Below, in pieces: positions 39,312 to 49,212 of a stretch of DNA of 64,000 nucleotides. A program made the position numbers and the translations under genes. Below the pieces are notes generated by a model that saw only the letters and a program-made list of their open reading frames with translations, was not told where the DNA came from and did not search any database. The stretch covers positions 25,294-89,293 of the forward strand of contig JBGAQA010000003.1 in assembly GCA_044220955.1 (NCBI GenBank), written 5' to 3'. The first letter of the stretch is position 1, and every line of letters begins with the position of its first letter. This stretch comes from Sandaracinaceae bacterium. Lineage in GTDB: Bacteria > Myxococcota_A > Polyangia > Polyangiales > Sandaracinaceae.

Positions 39312-40876
39312 CGCGGCGCGCCCAGGCTCGCGATGAAGCCCCGGGGGGGGATGGTGTAGAGGATCTCGCCCCGCACGTCCCAGCGGTCGAGCAGCGCGTT
39401 GGCGGCCATGATCCCCGAGCTGGCGGCGCGCTCCATCAGGGCGCTCGGGAAGGGGACCTTGACGTGGTCACCGGCGATCGTGATGTTGCCGTAGGGGGTG
39501 GCGACGCGGGCGCGTGTCGCGCCTGATCCGGGCGCGAACGAGGGGCCGTCCTCGCCGCGGAGGTAGACCTCGTGCAGCGGCTCGACGCCGCTCAGCTCGG
39601 GGTAGAGCCTGGCGAGCGTCGCCTTGAGCTCCACGCGGATCGACGCGTCGTCGCGCTCACGGTCGAGCCCGAACGCCTGAAGCTGCACGACCGAGCCTCC
39701 CGTGCGGAGCGCGAAGCGGCGGCTCTCCCCCTCGAATCGGTCGTAGAGCGTGATCGAGTCGAGCACGCCGTGCCCGGCGATCGACGCGAAAGGCGCGCGC
39801 GCGTCGTCGACGGCCTGGCCGTAGAAGAGGCGGAACACGACGTAGGGTCCGCTCGCGGCGAGCGCGTCCATCGTGGCCGCGAACGTCGGGTCCTCGGCGA
39901 GCGGCGGCGATGCCGCGTAGAGAGTGCGCAGCGCGCGCACCTCGGTCGCGAGCACGAGCCCCTCGCACTCGAGCGTCTCGCTCGACGTCCGCACGCGGAT
40001 GCGATCACCGCGCTCCCGGGTGACCTCGAGCGCGCTCTGCCCGAGCCGTACGTCGACGCCGTGAGACGCGAGGATGCGCGCGAGCGGCGAGAAGAGCACG
40101 TCCCCCGTCGGCTCCTCGAGCACGTCGAAGCTCATGCCCTCCGGGTTTCCCAGGAAGTAGAAGTGCAGCATCGAGAGCATCTCGGCCGCGCTCACGCTGT
40201 GCTCGGCGTGGAACACCGAGTGACAGAACACGCGGAACACCATCTCGCGTGCCTTGATCGGGAGGTTCAGACGGTCCAGGTAGCTGCCGGCCGACTCGGT
40301 GTCGAAGCGCGCATAGGAGCGCTGCGGGTCGAACGACACCATCGCGCGCACGGCCTCCGGATCGACGTTGCGCAGATCGCGGAGCGACACGAACGGCGTG
40401 CGGCGCAGGAGCGAGATCAGGTTGAGCGGGGCGCTCGTGGGCAGACCGGCGAAGCTCTCCTGCGCGCCGTCCGGACCGAGCACCGGATAGTCGGCGAGGG
40501 GCCGCAGGATCGTCAGCTCGGGGTCGATGCGGCGCAGGATCGAGCGCAGGTTGTAGTAGTGGCGGTGGAAGGCCGGGAACCCGCGCTCCATCTGGAACGT
40601 GTCACCGCCCGGGAAGCGCTCGGGATACGACGCGAGCCTGCCGCCGAGCTGCGCTGCCTTCTCGAGCAGCGTGACGCGGACACCACGCTCCGCGAGCACG
40701 AGCGCCGCGGACACGCCTGCGATGCCTCCGCCGACCACGATCGCGCGGGTGGCGGGGTCGGCGCGCTCCCGCGTGCCCCGGAAAGCTCCCCGCAGCTCGC
40801 GGCGCGAGGTCCCGAGGCGATCGGCGAGCGTTCCCCGCGGCGGGGCCGGAGGCGGGATCGACGCGCGTCCTCTCAC
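39308..40876 (-). CDS. crtU: CrtU-like FAD-dependent carotenoid ring desaturase/isorenieratene synthase (actinobacterial type, no Rieske domain)
   Basis: VVGGGIAGVSAALVLAERGVRVTLLE; MERGFPAFHRHYYNLRSIL; MLHFYFLGNPEGMSFDV; ALMERAASSGIMAANALL. Recalled resemblance to Streptomyces CrtU; crt context. Confidence 0.72.
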   Translation of the reverse strand: MRGRASIPPPAPPRGTLADRLGTSRRELRGAFRGTRERADPATRAIVVGGGIAGVSAALVLAERGVRVTLLEKAAQLGGRLASYPERFPGGDTFQMERGFPAFHRHYYNLRSILRRIDPELTILRPLADYPVLGPDGAQESFAGLPTSAPLNLISLLRRTPFVSLRDLRNVDPEAVRAMVSFDPQRSYARFDTESAGSYLDRLNLPIKAREMVFRVFCHSVFHAEHSVSAAEMLSMLHFYFLGNPEGMSFDVLEEPTGDVLFSPLARILASHGVDVRLGQSALEVTRERGDRIRVRTSSETLECEGLVLATEVRALRTLYAASPPLAEDPTFAATMDALAASGPYVVFRLFYGQAVDDARAPFASIAGHGVLDSITLYDRFEGESRRFALRTGGSVVQLQAFGLDRERDDASIRVELKATLARLYPELSGVEPLHEVYLRGEDGPSFAPGSGATRARVATPYGNITIAGDHVKVPFPSALMERAASSGIMAANALLDRWDVRGEILYTIPPRGFIASLGAPR

Positions 40877-41589
40877 GCCCTTGGCCTACGCGCGAGGAAC
40901 GTGTGCAGCACACGCCGCTGCCAGCCGTCCATGGGCTCGGTGTGCACGTCCTCGAAGCCCAGCCGGCGAAGACGCGCCTCGAAGGCGCGCACTCCGTCGA
41001 ACGCGCGCACGCTCGCGTACAGGTAGCGGTAGATGCCGCTGCCGGGCGCGGTGACCAGGCCTCCGGGCACGATGATCCCCCAGCAGACGGCGTCCCAGAT
41101 CGCCCGGGCCCGCCGCGAGTCACGCACCGAGTACTCGTGAAACGCGATGGGTGCCCCGGGCGCGAGAAGGGCGCGCAGGTTCGTGAGGCAGGGGTCGATC
41201 GCGGGCACGTTGCGGATCCCGTACGCCATCAAGATGCCGTCGAAGACGCCTTCGACTCCCGCCGCGCGCGGATCCATCGCGTCACCGTGCACGAGCTCGA
41301 CACCCCGCAACACCGGCTTCTCTCGCGCGCGCTCGAGCATGCCTCGCGACGCATCGAGCGCGACGACCTTCGCGCTCGGATGGACGTCGAGGATCGCCTC
41401 GGTCGAGAGGCCGGTGCCACAGCAGAGGTCGAGGATGCGGGGCGAGCGCTGCGGGAGGTCGAGGCGCCGGACGCTCATGCGCAGGTGGCGGTGATAGCCC
41501 GGGTTCAGACCCGTCAGCAGATCGTACGTCGGCGCGACCCGGTCGAAGTCGTCCGGCACTTCTCGTTTCTTGGCGCTCAGGTCTTGCAT
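40873..41589 (-). CDS. crtT: CrtT-like class I SAM methyltransferase
   Basis: FDRVAPTYDLLTGLNPGYHRHL, LDLCCGTGLST, FHEYSVRDS, WDAVCWGIIVP, GWQRRVLHTFLAR. Recalled resemblance to the methyltransferase of actinobacterial crt clusters. Confidence 0.7.
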   Translation of the reverse strand: MQDLSAKKREVPDDFDRVAPTYDLLTGLNPGYHRHLRMSVRRLDLPQRSPRILDLCCGTGLSTEAILDVHPSAKVVALDASRGMLERAREKPVLRGVELVHGDAMDPRAAGVEGVFDGILMAYGIRNVPAIDPCLTNLRALLAPGAPIAFHEYSVRDSRRARAIWDAVCWGIIVPGGLVTAPGSGIYRYLYASVRAFDGVRAFEARLRRLGFEDVHTEPMDGWQRRVLHTFLARRPRA

Positions 41590-41597
41590 CGGCGGTG

Positions 41598-42494
41598 TCA
41601 GCGAGGGGGCAGCAGGAGCTCGGCCTCGGGCAGCGCCTCGGCGTCGAGCGCGCCGGCCCGAACCGGCTCCGCGAACGACCGCGCGATCACGAGGGCCTTG
41701 CGCAGGGGTGTCGTCGACACGCGTGCGCTCACGCCATCGTACCCGTTCTCGCGCAGGATCTGGCCGATCTCGCGATAGAGCTGCGCGGCCGCGTGGATCG
41801 CGGGGCGGCAGTCGGCGGGTAGCGCACGAATCCCGGCGTCGGCCCGCGCATAGAGCAGGTCCGCCTCGTCCAGCACACGGCGCACGACACGACCGATCGC
41901 GGGGCCGTGGCGCGTGTGGCGGCCGAGCGCCGGCGCCCCTTCCGCGTCCAGCCACTCGCGCGGGAGGTACGCGCGATCCTGGCGCGCGTCCTGCCCGACG
42001 TCGCGGGCGATGTTGGTGAGCTGCATGGCGACGCCGAGGTCGGCCGCTCGGGCGAGCGTCGCTCGCTCGCGCACGCCCATCACGTAGCTCGACACGACGC
42101 CGACCGACGCGGCCACACGGACCGCGTATGCGATCAGATCCGAGCGCGTGCGAACGGGCCGGCCCTCCACGTCCCAGCGGTAGCCGTCGAGGAGCGCATC
42201 GACGGGGGCGCGCGGTAGCTCGTACTCTCGAACCGTGCGCGCGAATGCGCGATCGATCGGGTGGTCCTCCGGCGCGCCGCGGAAGATCGCGTCCGTTCGC
42301 GCGACGCAGCGCGCGAGACCGGTCCGCGGGTCGGCGCTCTCGTCCACGGCGTCGTCCGTCACCCGACAGAAGGCGTAGAACGAGGCGAACGGCTCGCGAA
42401 GTCGGGCCGGCAGCAGTCGCCAGGCGAGGTGGAAGCTCTTGCTCCCGCGGGCGAGCGTGTCGCGACACACCGCCAGATCGTCCTCGGCGTTCAT
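41598..42494 (-). CDS. crtB: Phytoene synthase
   Basis: [36 protein letters not shown]...RAYLP. Confidence 0.95.
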   Translation of the reverse strand: MNAEDDLAVCRDTLARGSKSFHLAWRLLPARLREPFASFYAFCRVTDDAVDESADPRTGLARCVARTDAIFRGAPEDHPIDRAFARTVREYELPRAPVDALLDGYRWDVEGRPVRTRSDLIAYAVRVAASVGVVSSYVMGVRERATLARAADLGVAMQLTNIARDVGQDARQDRAYLPREWLDAEGAPALGRHTRHGPAIGRVVRRVLDEADLLYARADAGIRALPADCRPAIHAAAQLYREIGQILRENGYDGVSARVSTTPLRKALVIARSFAEPVRAGALDAEALPEAELLLPPR

Positions 42495-44071
42495 CCTACG
42501 TCGGAAGACAGGCCGAGGTCGGCCGCGATCGCGCGCGCGGTGATCTTGGCGCTCATCATCACGCTGGGAGTCCCGCCACCCGGCTGGTAGCTCTGCCCCA
42601 CGCCGTAGAGGCCACCGACGTCCTCGCTCCGGTTGTGGGGCCGCATCCACGCCGTCTGCCGGAGCACCGGCTCGAGCCCGAATCCGCTGCCGAGCTCGGA
42701 GTTCAGAGCGTCGCGGAAGTAGCGCGGATCCACGTGGCTCTGCTCCACGATGCGCTCGCGCAGCTTCGGGATGAGACCGCGTCGCTCGATGTCGTCGAGC
42801 GCCCGCTCGACGAACGCCGGAGCTTCGCGCTCCCAGTCGATGTCTGCCGCGAGGTTCGGCACCGGCACGAGCGTGTACGCCGCGTGGAAGCCCTCCGGCG
42901 CGAGGGTGGGATCGGTGAGCGTCGGGACGTGCAGGTACTGCGAGAAGTCCGCCGGGAGGACCCCCCGGTCGAAGATGTCGCGGAGCAGCTCCTCGTAGCG
43001 CGGACCGAGCACGATGTTGTGGTGCCGCAGGTCGAGCGGCGGGTAGCCGTCCTTGCGGAAGCCGAAGTAGATCACCACGACGGACATGCTCGCGCGGGAG
43101 ACGAGCAGGCGCGCGCGCTGCCGGGGCATCCGCGTCCGACGGTCGACGAGCGTGCGGTACGTGTGTCCGTAGTCGGCGTTCGAGGCCACGACCTCGGCCC
43201 GCAGGCGCTCCCCGCTCCGCAGCGTGACGCCGCGTGCGACGCGGTCCTCGACGTCGATGCGCGCGACCTCGCTCCCGCAGCGCACGCGTCCGCCGAGCTC
43301 CTCGAGCTTGCTCACCATCGCGCGGACGAGCGCACCGGTGCCGCCGCGCGCGAAGTGCACGCCCCACGTCTTCTCGACGAAGTGGATCATCGTGTAGATC
43401 GCCGGCACCGCGAGCGGGTTGCCTCCGATGAGCAGCGGCTCGAACGAGAACACCGCGCGCATCTCGTCGGACCGGAACCATCTCTTCACGAACGAGAACA
43501 GCGGTCTCAGCGCGTCGAGACGCACGAGATCCGGCAGCACGCGGAGCATCGCAGCTGGCGAGTCGAAGTGCGTGTAGCCGAGCTCGAGGAAGCCGCGCTC
43601 GAAGATCGCGCGCGCCGCCTCGTGGAAGCGCTCGTACCCTTCCAGGTCCTCGGGCGCGATCGCGCGGATCTGCGCGCGCGTTCGGTCGGGGTCTCCGTCG
43701 TAGTCGAAGAAGCGCCCGTCCGCGAAGTAGATCCGATAGAAGGGCTCGATGGGCACGAGGTCGACGTAGCGCCGGGTGGCCGGGCCGTAGCCGCGAGCGC
43801 CGCGCCGGACTGCGTCCGGAAAGTCGGGGGCGCCGAGGGAGGCGTGCCCGCGCTCGAGCGCGAAGAGCTCCTCGAGGAAGTGCGGCACCGTGAGCACGGT
43901 CGGACCCATGTCGAACGTGAACCCGTTGCGCTTGCGCACGTACGCTCGGCCGCCGGGTCCATCGAGCTTCTCGAGCACCGTCGTGTCGAGGCCCATCGAC
44001 GCGAGCCGGATGGCGAGCGAGAGCCCGCCGATCCCCGCTCCGATCACGACCGCCCGCCGCGTCTCCGTCAT
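42491..44071 (-). CDS. crtI: Phytoene desaturase
   Basis: [60 protein letters not shown]. Confidence 0.93.
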   Translation of the reverse strand: MTETRRAVVIGAGIGGLSLAIRLASMGLDTTVLEKLDGPGGRAYVRKRNGFTFDMGPTVLTVPHFLEELFALERGHASLGAPDFPDAVRRGARGYGPATRRYVDLVPIEPFYRIYFADGRFFDYDGDPDRTRAQIRAIAPEDLEGYERFHEAARAIFERGFLELGYTHFDSPAAMLRVLPDLVRLDALRPLFSFVKRWFRSDEMRAVFSFEPLLIGGNPLAVPAIYTMIHFVEKTWGVHFARGGTGALVRAMVSKLEELGGRVRCGSEVARIDVEDRVARGVTLRSGERLRAEVVASNADYGHTYRTLVDRRTRMPRQRARLLVSRASMSVVVIYFGFRKDGYPPLDLRHHNIVLGPRYEELLRDIFDRGVLPADFSQYLHVPTLTDPTLAPEGFHAAYTLVPVPNLAADIDWEREAPAFVERALDDIERRGLIPKLRERIVEQSHVDPRYFRDALNSELGSGFGLEPVLRQTAWMRPHNRSEDVGGLYGVGQSYQPGGGTPSVMMSAKITARAIAADLGLSSDVG

Positions 44072-44087
44072 CTCGCCGGGGTGTGTC

Positions 44088-45179
44088 CTAGCAGGGAGTC
44101 ACGCGCCCCGCTTCCACTCGGAGATCCAGGCGATCGCCGGCCGTGGTGATCAGCTCGCGCTGCGTGGTCGTCAGGAAGACCTGGCCACCGAGGCGCGAGA
44201 GCAGCGCGAAGAGGCGCGCGCTTCGGGTGCGATCGAGCTCGCTCGAGACGTCGTCGAGGAGGAGCACCGGCACCTTGCCCTTCGCACGCGCCATGACGTC
44301 GAGCTCGGCCACCTTGAGCGCGAGCACGAGGGTCCGCTGCTGGCCTTGAGAGGCGTTGTGCTTCGCTCCCCGCTTGCCGACCTCGAGCCTCACGTCGTCG
44401 GCGTGCGGTCCTTCGGCGGTGAATCCTCGCGCCAGATCCTTCTCGAGCGAGCGCGCGAGCGCCTCGCGCAGCTCCTTCTCGCCGGAGGCCACCCGTGGCG
44501 CGAACGAGATCGTGAGCGGCAGCTCTTCGCCCACGATCTCGTCGAACACGCGCTCGGCCACCGGAGCCAGCTCGCCGACGAGGCGCTCGCGCGCGTCTCC
44601 GAGGATGGCGCCGCTGGCAGCGAGCACCGGGTCGAACGCGGCGACCGCGCGGCGATCGACGACGTCGGCCTTGAGCAACCGGTTGCGACTGCGGAGCGCG
44701 CGCTGGTAGCTCTCCAGCGTGCTCGCGTAGACGGGATCGACCTCCGAGAGGACGCGATCGAGAAGCGCGCGCCGATTCTCGGGTGAGCCCTGCGCGAGCG
44801 CGAGGTCGCCCGGATGGAAGAGGACCGTCGGCGCGACCTCCAGCCAGGCCAGACGGCTGCGCGGCCGCTTGCCGTCGAGCGCGAGCTGCCGCGCCTTGGC
44901 GCGCTCGAGCCGCACCTTGAGCGTATGGGGGAGCGGCGTACCGCTGACCTCGAGCGCGATGATGGCCGAGGCCTCGTCGTGTCGTACGAGCTCGCTCGAG
45001 CCCGCACCACGGAAGCTGGCGAGGCTGGCCGCGAGGTGGATCGCTTCGAGCAGGTTGCTCTTGCCCTGGCCGTTGTCGCCGAACACCACGTTGAAGCGCG
45101 GGCCGGGGCGGAGATCGAGCGGCGCCAGGTTCCGAAACGAGCGCGTCGCGACGCGCTGGACGCGCAGCGCTGCGGTCAA
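44088..45179 (-). CDS. recF: DNA replication/repair protein RecF
   Basis: [42 protein letters not shown]. Confidence 0.96.
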   Translation of the reverse strand: MTAALRVQRVATRSFRNLAPLDLRPGPRFNVVFGDNGQGKSNLLEAIHLAASLASFRGAGSSELVRHDEASAIIALEVSGTPLPHTLKVRLERAKARQLALDGKRPRSRLAWLEVAPTVLFHPGDLALAQGSPENRRALLDRVLSEVDPVYASTLESYQRALRSRNRLLKADVVDRRAVAAFDPVLAASGAILGDARERLVGELAPVAERVFDEIVGEELPLTISFAPRVASGEKELREALARSLEKDLARGFTAEGPHADDVRLEVGKRGAKHNASQGQQRTLVLALKVAELDVMARAKGKVPVLLLDDVSSELDRTRSARLFALLSRLGGQVFLTTTQRELITTAGDRLDLRVEAGRVTPC

Positions 45180-46309
45180 ATCCGCATGGGCATGATCACG
45201 CCGACGAAGAGCGTGGCCTCGCCCGCCGGCTTGATCACGCCCGGATCGAGCTCCCCGGCCAGCTCGAACACGACCTCGTCCTCGGTGAGCGCGTTCAGGA
45301 CGTCGAGGATGTACGCCGCGTTGAAGCCGATCGTGAGCGCGGGGCCGGCGTAGTCGACGTCGAGCTCTTCGCTGCCCTCGCCCACGTCCGGTGACTCGCT
45401 GACGATGCGCAGGGACCCGGGCGACACCATGAGCCGGACGCCGCCCGATTTGTCGCTCGAGACGAGCTTCATGCGCTTGAGGGACTCGATCATCGCGGCT
45501 CGCGAGACGACGACCCGTTTGTCTTGACCCTGCGGGATCACCTTCGCGTAGGGAGGGAACTGCTCGTCCGCGAGCTTGACCGAGAGGATCACGCCCTCCC
45601 GCTTGAAGAACGCGTTGCCTGCGTGGCTCGCGACGCCGATCTGCGGGCTCGCCTCGTCCTTGCCCTTGTCACGCTTGGCGCCCTCGACGAGCCGCGAGAG
45701 CTCCGCGATCCCCTTCTGCGGCACCAGCATCGAGAAGTGCAGCATCATCCCTTCCCGCAGGCGGTAGTCGCACTTGCTGAGCCGGTGACCGTCTGTCGTC
45801 ACCATCCGCGCGATGCGGGCCTCGCCCTCGAACAGGGCGCCCGCCAGGTGCGGTCGCGTGTCGTCGTTCGACATCGAGTACCGGGTCCGCGCGATGAGAT
45901 CGCCGAGCACGTCGGCGTCCAGTGATACGAACTCGGCGTTGCCTGGCGCGGGGAGCGGCGGGAAGTCGTCTCCCGGCATGCCGGGGATGCGGAAGCGGAT
46001 CTTGCCGCAGCGGATCTCCACGGCGTGATTCGGCCCGACCGTCCAGTGCACGTCGCCGTGGGGCAGCTGGTTGACGATGTCGTAGAGCGTGCGAGCGGCG
46101 ACCGCGACCGAGCCACCCTTCTTCACCTCGGCTGGCGCCGTGGCGGCGACTCCGAGATAGAGATCCGTGGCAGCGAAGCGCAGCGTGCCGGTGTCCTCGG
46201 TCGTCAACAGGACGTTCGACAGGATCGGCATCGAGCTCTTCCGGTCCGCCACGGCATGCGTCCGCTCGAGACCGCGCGCGAAGTTCTGCTTGCTGATCAC
46301 GAGCTCCAT
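45176..46309 (-). CDS. dnaN: DNA polymerase III beta sliding clamp
   Basis: MPILSNVLL, ATDL, TTDGHRL, FPPYAKVIP, IGFNAAY, VIMPMRI. Confidence 0.98.
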   Translation of the reverse strand: MELVISKQNFARGLERTHAVADRKSSMPILSNVLLTTEDTGTLRFAATDLYLGVAATAPAEVKKGGSVAVAARTLYDIVNQLPHGDVHWTVGPNHAVEIRCGKIRFRIPGMPGDDFPPLPAPGNAEFVSLDADVLGDLIARTRYSMSNDDTRPHLAGALFEGEARIARMVTTDGHRLSKCDYRLREGMMLHFSMLVPQKGIAELSRLVEGAKRDKGKDEASPQIGVASHAGNAFFKREGVILSVKLADEQFPPYAKVIPQGQDKRVVVSRAAMIESLKRMKLVSSDKSGGVRLMVSPGSLRIVSESPDVGEGSEELDVDYAGPALTIGFNAAYILDVLNALTEDEVVFELAGELDPGVIKPAGEATLFVGVIMPMRI

Positions 46310-46340
46310 GCAGGCCCCTGGGAGGATAGAGAAGGAGAGG

Positions 46341-46570
46341 AAGGATCGATCTAATTAGATCTCGTCGTCTTCTTCAGGCCTGTGGAGCGTGGAACGAGCT
46401 CGTCAAGGCCACGAGATCACTGGGCGAACGGTCGAGAGCGCGCTGGGGACGAACACCATGCAGACGGTGGATGCACCGTGCGCACGGGCCGTCCACAGCG
46501 GTTTTCCACGTGCGAGCCGCCCCACCATCCACAGGGGCGGATCGCACCCGCGACCCCACTCTATCCGCGG
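46341..46570. other. Putative chromosomal replication origin (oriC)
   Basis: Degenerate DnaA-box-like 9-mers at 46381, 46388, 46444, 46466, 46489, 46502, 46525 and 46561. The tandem pair is followed on the minus strand by GGCC, trinucleotide repeats and the AT-rich palindrome GATCTAATTAGATC. Located directly upstream of dnaN. Confidence 0.65.
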
Positions 46571-46625
46571 GCAGCCGAGCCAAGCAAGTTAGCGAGGGTC
46601 ACGGCATTTCTGGTCTACTTCGTCC

Positions 46626-49196
46626 ATGCGCCGATCCGCCCTGACTGCCTTCGCGCTCGCGCTCGCATGCACCTCCAGCCCGCCGCCCCAAGACGCCGCG
46701 ACGGGGCTCGACGCGCCCACGTTCACCGACGCGGGTCGCGATGCGAACCTGCCCGCGCCCGTGCCGCTCATGATCGCGCGCGACGAGCCGGCGAGCGGGT
46801 ATCGCCTCGAGGTCGACACCGACCCGCTCGGGTTCCGGCTGCTCGATGCGTCCGGCACGCCGGTCGTGCGGAGCGCGGGCCTCGGCCTCGCCGTCGGTCT
46901 CGCGCACGGTGGCGACCGGATGTTCCACGAGCCGATGAACGACACGCCCGCGGGACTGCGCTGGAGCCCGCTCGGGTACGGAGTCTCACGGACCAGCGGG
47001 ACCGAGGCCGTCGTCCGTGATGCCGAAGGAAACCTCGCCACGATCGAGCTGACGAGCGAGAGCGCCAGCGAGCTGACGCTGCACGTCACGATGGACGCGG
47101 CGGCCACGGAAGCGGCGATGATGCGCTTCGTGCTCGCCGCCGACGACGGGCACTACGACGGCCTCGGCGAGCGCTTCGAGGGTGCCGACGCGCGGGGGCA
47201 CCGGGTGCCGATGCAGCTGAGCGTGAGCGCGCGCGTCCGCGAGAGCAGCACCAACGAGGCGCACGTCCCGGTGCCCTTCCTGGTCAGCTCGCGGGGCTAC
47301 GGCGTGTTCGTCGAGACGCGCGAGGCGGGCGCGTTCGACGTCGCCGCCACCGCGAGCGACGAGGTGCGCGCGAGCTTCGAGGGGGGCGAGCTCGATCTGC
47401 ACTTCTACTTCGGCGCGCGTCCGGCCGACGCCATCGCCGGCTACACCCGCCACACCGGCCTGCCGATCCTGCCGCCGCGCTGGGCGTTCGCGCCGCAGCA
47501 CTGGCGCAACGAGTGGACCGACCGGGCCGAGCTCGAGGGCGACATGGCGACCATCCGCTCGCTCGACATCCCGTGCACGGCCTTCTGGATCGACAACCCG
47601 TGGCAGACTTCCTACAACGATCACGTCTTCGACGCGGCGCGTTTTCCCGATCCGCCCGGGATGCTCGCGGAGATGCGCGCGCAGGGCTTCCGGACCCTGG
47701 TGTGGACGACCCCCTATCTCGACGCGCCCGACGCGGGCGTCGCGTCGAACCCCGCCGAGACGCTCTACACGCAGGCGGAGGCGCAGCACCTGATGATCCG
47801 CAACGGCGACGGCTCCGTGCTGACCGCGCCCTCGTCCGGCGGCTGCTGCGACGCCGGCGGCATGATGGACTTCACGAGCAGCGATGCGATCGGCTTCTGG
47901 CAGACGCAGCTCGATCCGATCGTCGCGCTCGGCGTGCGCGCGTTCAAGCTCGACTACGGCGAGGACGTCGTGGTGGCGCTCACGAGCACGCGGCCGAACT
48001 GGGTCTACTCCGACGGCCGGACGAACCGCGAGCTGCACAACGTCTACGCGACGCTCTACCACCAGCCCTACCGCGACGCGCTCGACGCCGGCTCGACCGA
48101 GGGGGGTTTCCTGCTCGCACGCGCCGAGGCGTGGGGCGGCCAGGTGATCGCCGACGTGATCTGGCCGGGAGATCTGGACAGCGACATGAGCGTGACGACC
48201 GACACCAACGTCGGCGGGCTGCCGGCGTCGATCTCGGCGCTCGTGTCGCTCGCGGCGAGCGGCTTTCCGTCGTTCGCGGCCGACACCGGCGGCTTCCGCG
48301 ACGCGGAGGACACGTCCGACGGGCGGCCCTCGCGCGAGACGCTGCTGCGCTGGGCCGAGCACAACGCGTTCTCGCCCTTCCTGCAGCTCGGTGGCGGCGG
48401 GACGTCGCACAATCCGTGGTCGTACGACGCGGCGGCCGGGACGATCTACGCGGGGCTCGCGCGCGCGCACATGGATCTGGTGCCCTACTTCCGGGTCCAG
48501 GCGATTCGCGCGCACACCGACGGCACGCCGCCCGTGCTGCACCCCTCGATGGCGTATCCCGCGGATCGCGCCGGGTATGCGGACGTGAACGCATACCTCA
48601 TCGGCGAGGACCTCTTCGTCGCGCCCGTGACGACGCCGGGGGCGACGAGCCGCGTCGTGCACCTGCCGCCGGGCCGCTGGGTGCACTGGTTCGACGGGAT
48701 GGAGCGGACGGGCGACGTGACGGTCGCCGCGCCGATCGGCTCGCCGCCCGTGTTCCTCCGCGTCGGCGCGATCGTGCCCATGCTGCCGACCGACCTCGAC
48801 ACGCTCGCGGAACAGGACGTGGACGCGACGATCGTGCGTCCGAGCGATCGTCCCTACCTGCGCGCGCGCATCCTGCCCGCAGGGGACCGCACCGTGGCGA
48901 CCGAAGAGGGCATCGCGATCCACGTCACGCACACGGCCGCGCCGCTCTCGATCGTGGTGACGCCGAGCGCGACGGGCCTGACGGATCTGCGCATGCGGAT
49001 CGACCTCGACCACGCGGAGCCCGCCATCGCACCCGCCACGATCACGACGCTCTCCGCGAACGGCACGCCCGTCGCTGCGTCGGCCGACCGCGCGACGGTC
49101 GAGGCCGGCTGCGCGGGCACCTGCTGGTTCGTCGAGGGCCAGACGCTCTACGTCTCGGTGCGCAGCACGACGGCGACGACGATCACGACGCCGTGA
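46626..49196 (+). CDS. Glycoside hydrolase family 31 lipoprotein
   Basis: Lipobox ALAC; GLGERF, PFLVSSRGYG, WIDNPW, nucleophile region FKLDYGE, acid/base WPGD, DTGGF, YLIGEDLFVAPV. Confidence 0.9.
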   Translation: MRRSALTAFALALACTSSPPPQDAATGLDAPTFTDAGRDANLPAPVPLMIARDEPASGYRLEVDTDPLGFRLLDASGTPVVRSAGLGLAVGLAHGGDRMFHEPMNDTPAGLRWSPLGYGVSRTSGTEAVVRDAEGNLATIELTSESASELTLHVTMDAAATEAAMMRFVLAADDGHYDGLGERFEGADARGHRVPMQLSVSARVRESSTNEAHVPVPFLVSSRGYGVFVETREAGAFDVAATASDEVRASFEGGELDLHFYFGARPADAIAGYTRHTGLPILPPRWAFAPQHWRNEWTDRAELEGDMATIRSLDIPCTAFWIDNPWQTSYNDHVFDAARFPDPPGMLAEMRAQGFRTLVWTTPYLDAPDAGVASNPAETLYTQAEAQHLMIRNGDGSVLTAPSSGGCCDAGGMMDFTSSDAIGFWQTQLDPIVALGVRAFKLDYGEDVVVALTSTRPNWVYSDGRTNRELHNVYATLYHQPYRDALDAGSTEGGFLLARAEAWGGQVIADVIWPGDLDSDMSVTTDTNVGGLPASISALVSLAASGFPSFAADTGGFRDAEDTSDGRPSRETLLRWAEHNAFSPFLQLGGGGTSHNPWSYDAAAGTIYAGLARAHMDLVPYFRVQAIRAHTDGTPPVLHPSMAYPADRAGYADVNAYLIGEDLFVAPVTTPGATSRVVHLPPGRWVHWFDGMERTGDVTVAAPIGSPPVFLRVGAIVPMLPTDLDTLAEQDVDATIVRPSDRPYLRARILPAGDRTVATEEGIAIHVTHTAAPLSIVVTPSATGLTDLRMRIDLDHAEPAIAPATITTLSANGTPVAASADRATVEAGCAGTCWFVEGQTLYVSVRSTTATTITTP

Positions 49197-49212
49197 TCGT
49201 CTGACGTGACGT

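Noticed and set aside
41598..44071. Hopanoid/squalene hpnCDE cluster
   Set aside because: Only one synthase is present, paired with a clear CrtI-type desaturase, and there is no squalene-hopene cyclase.
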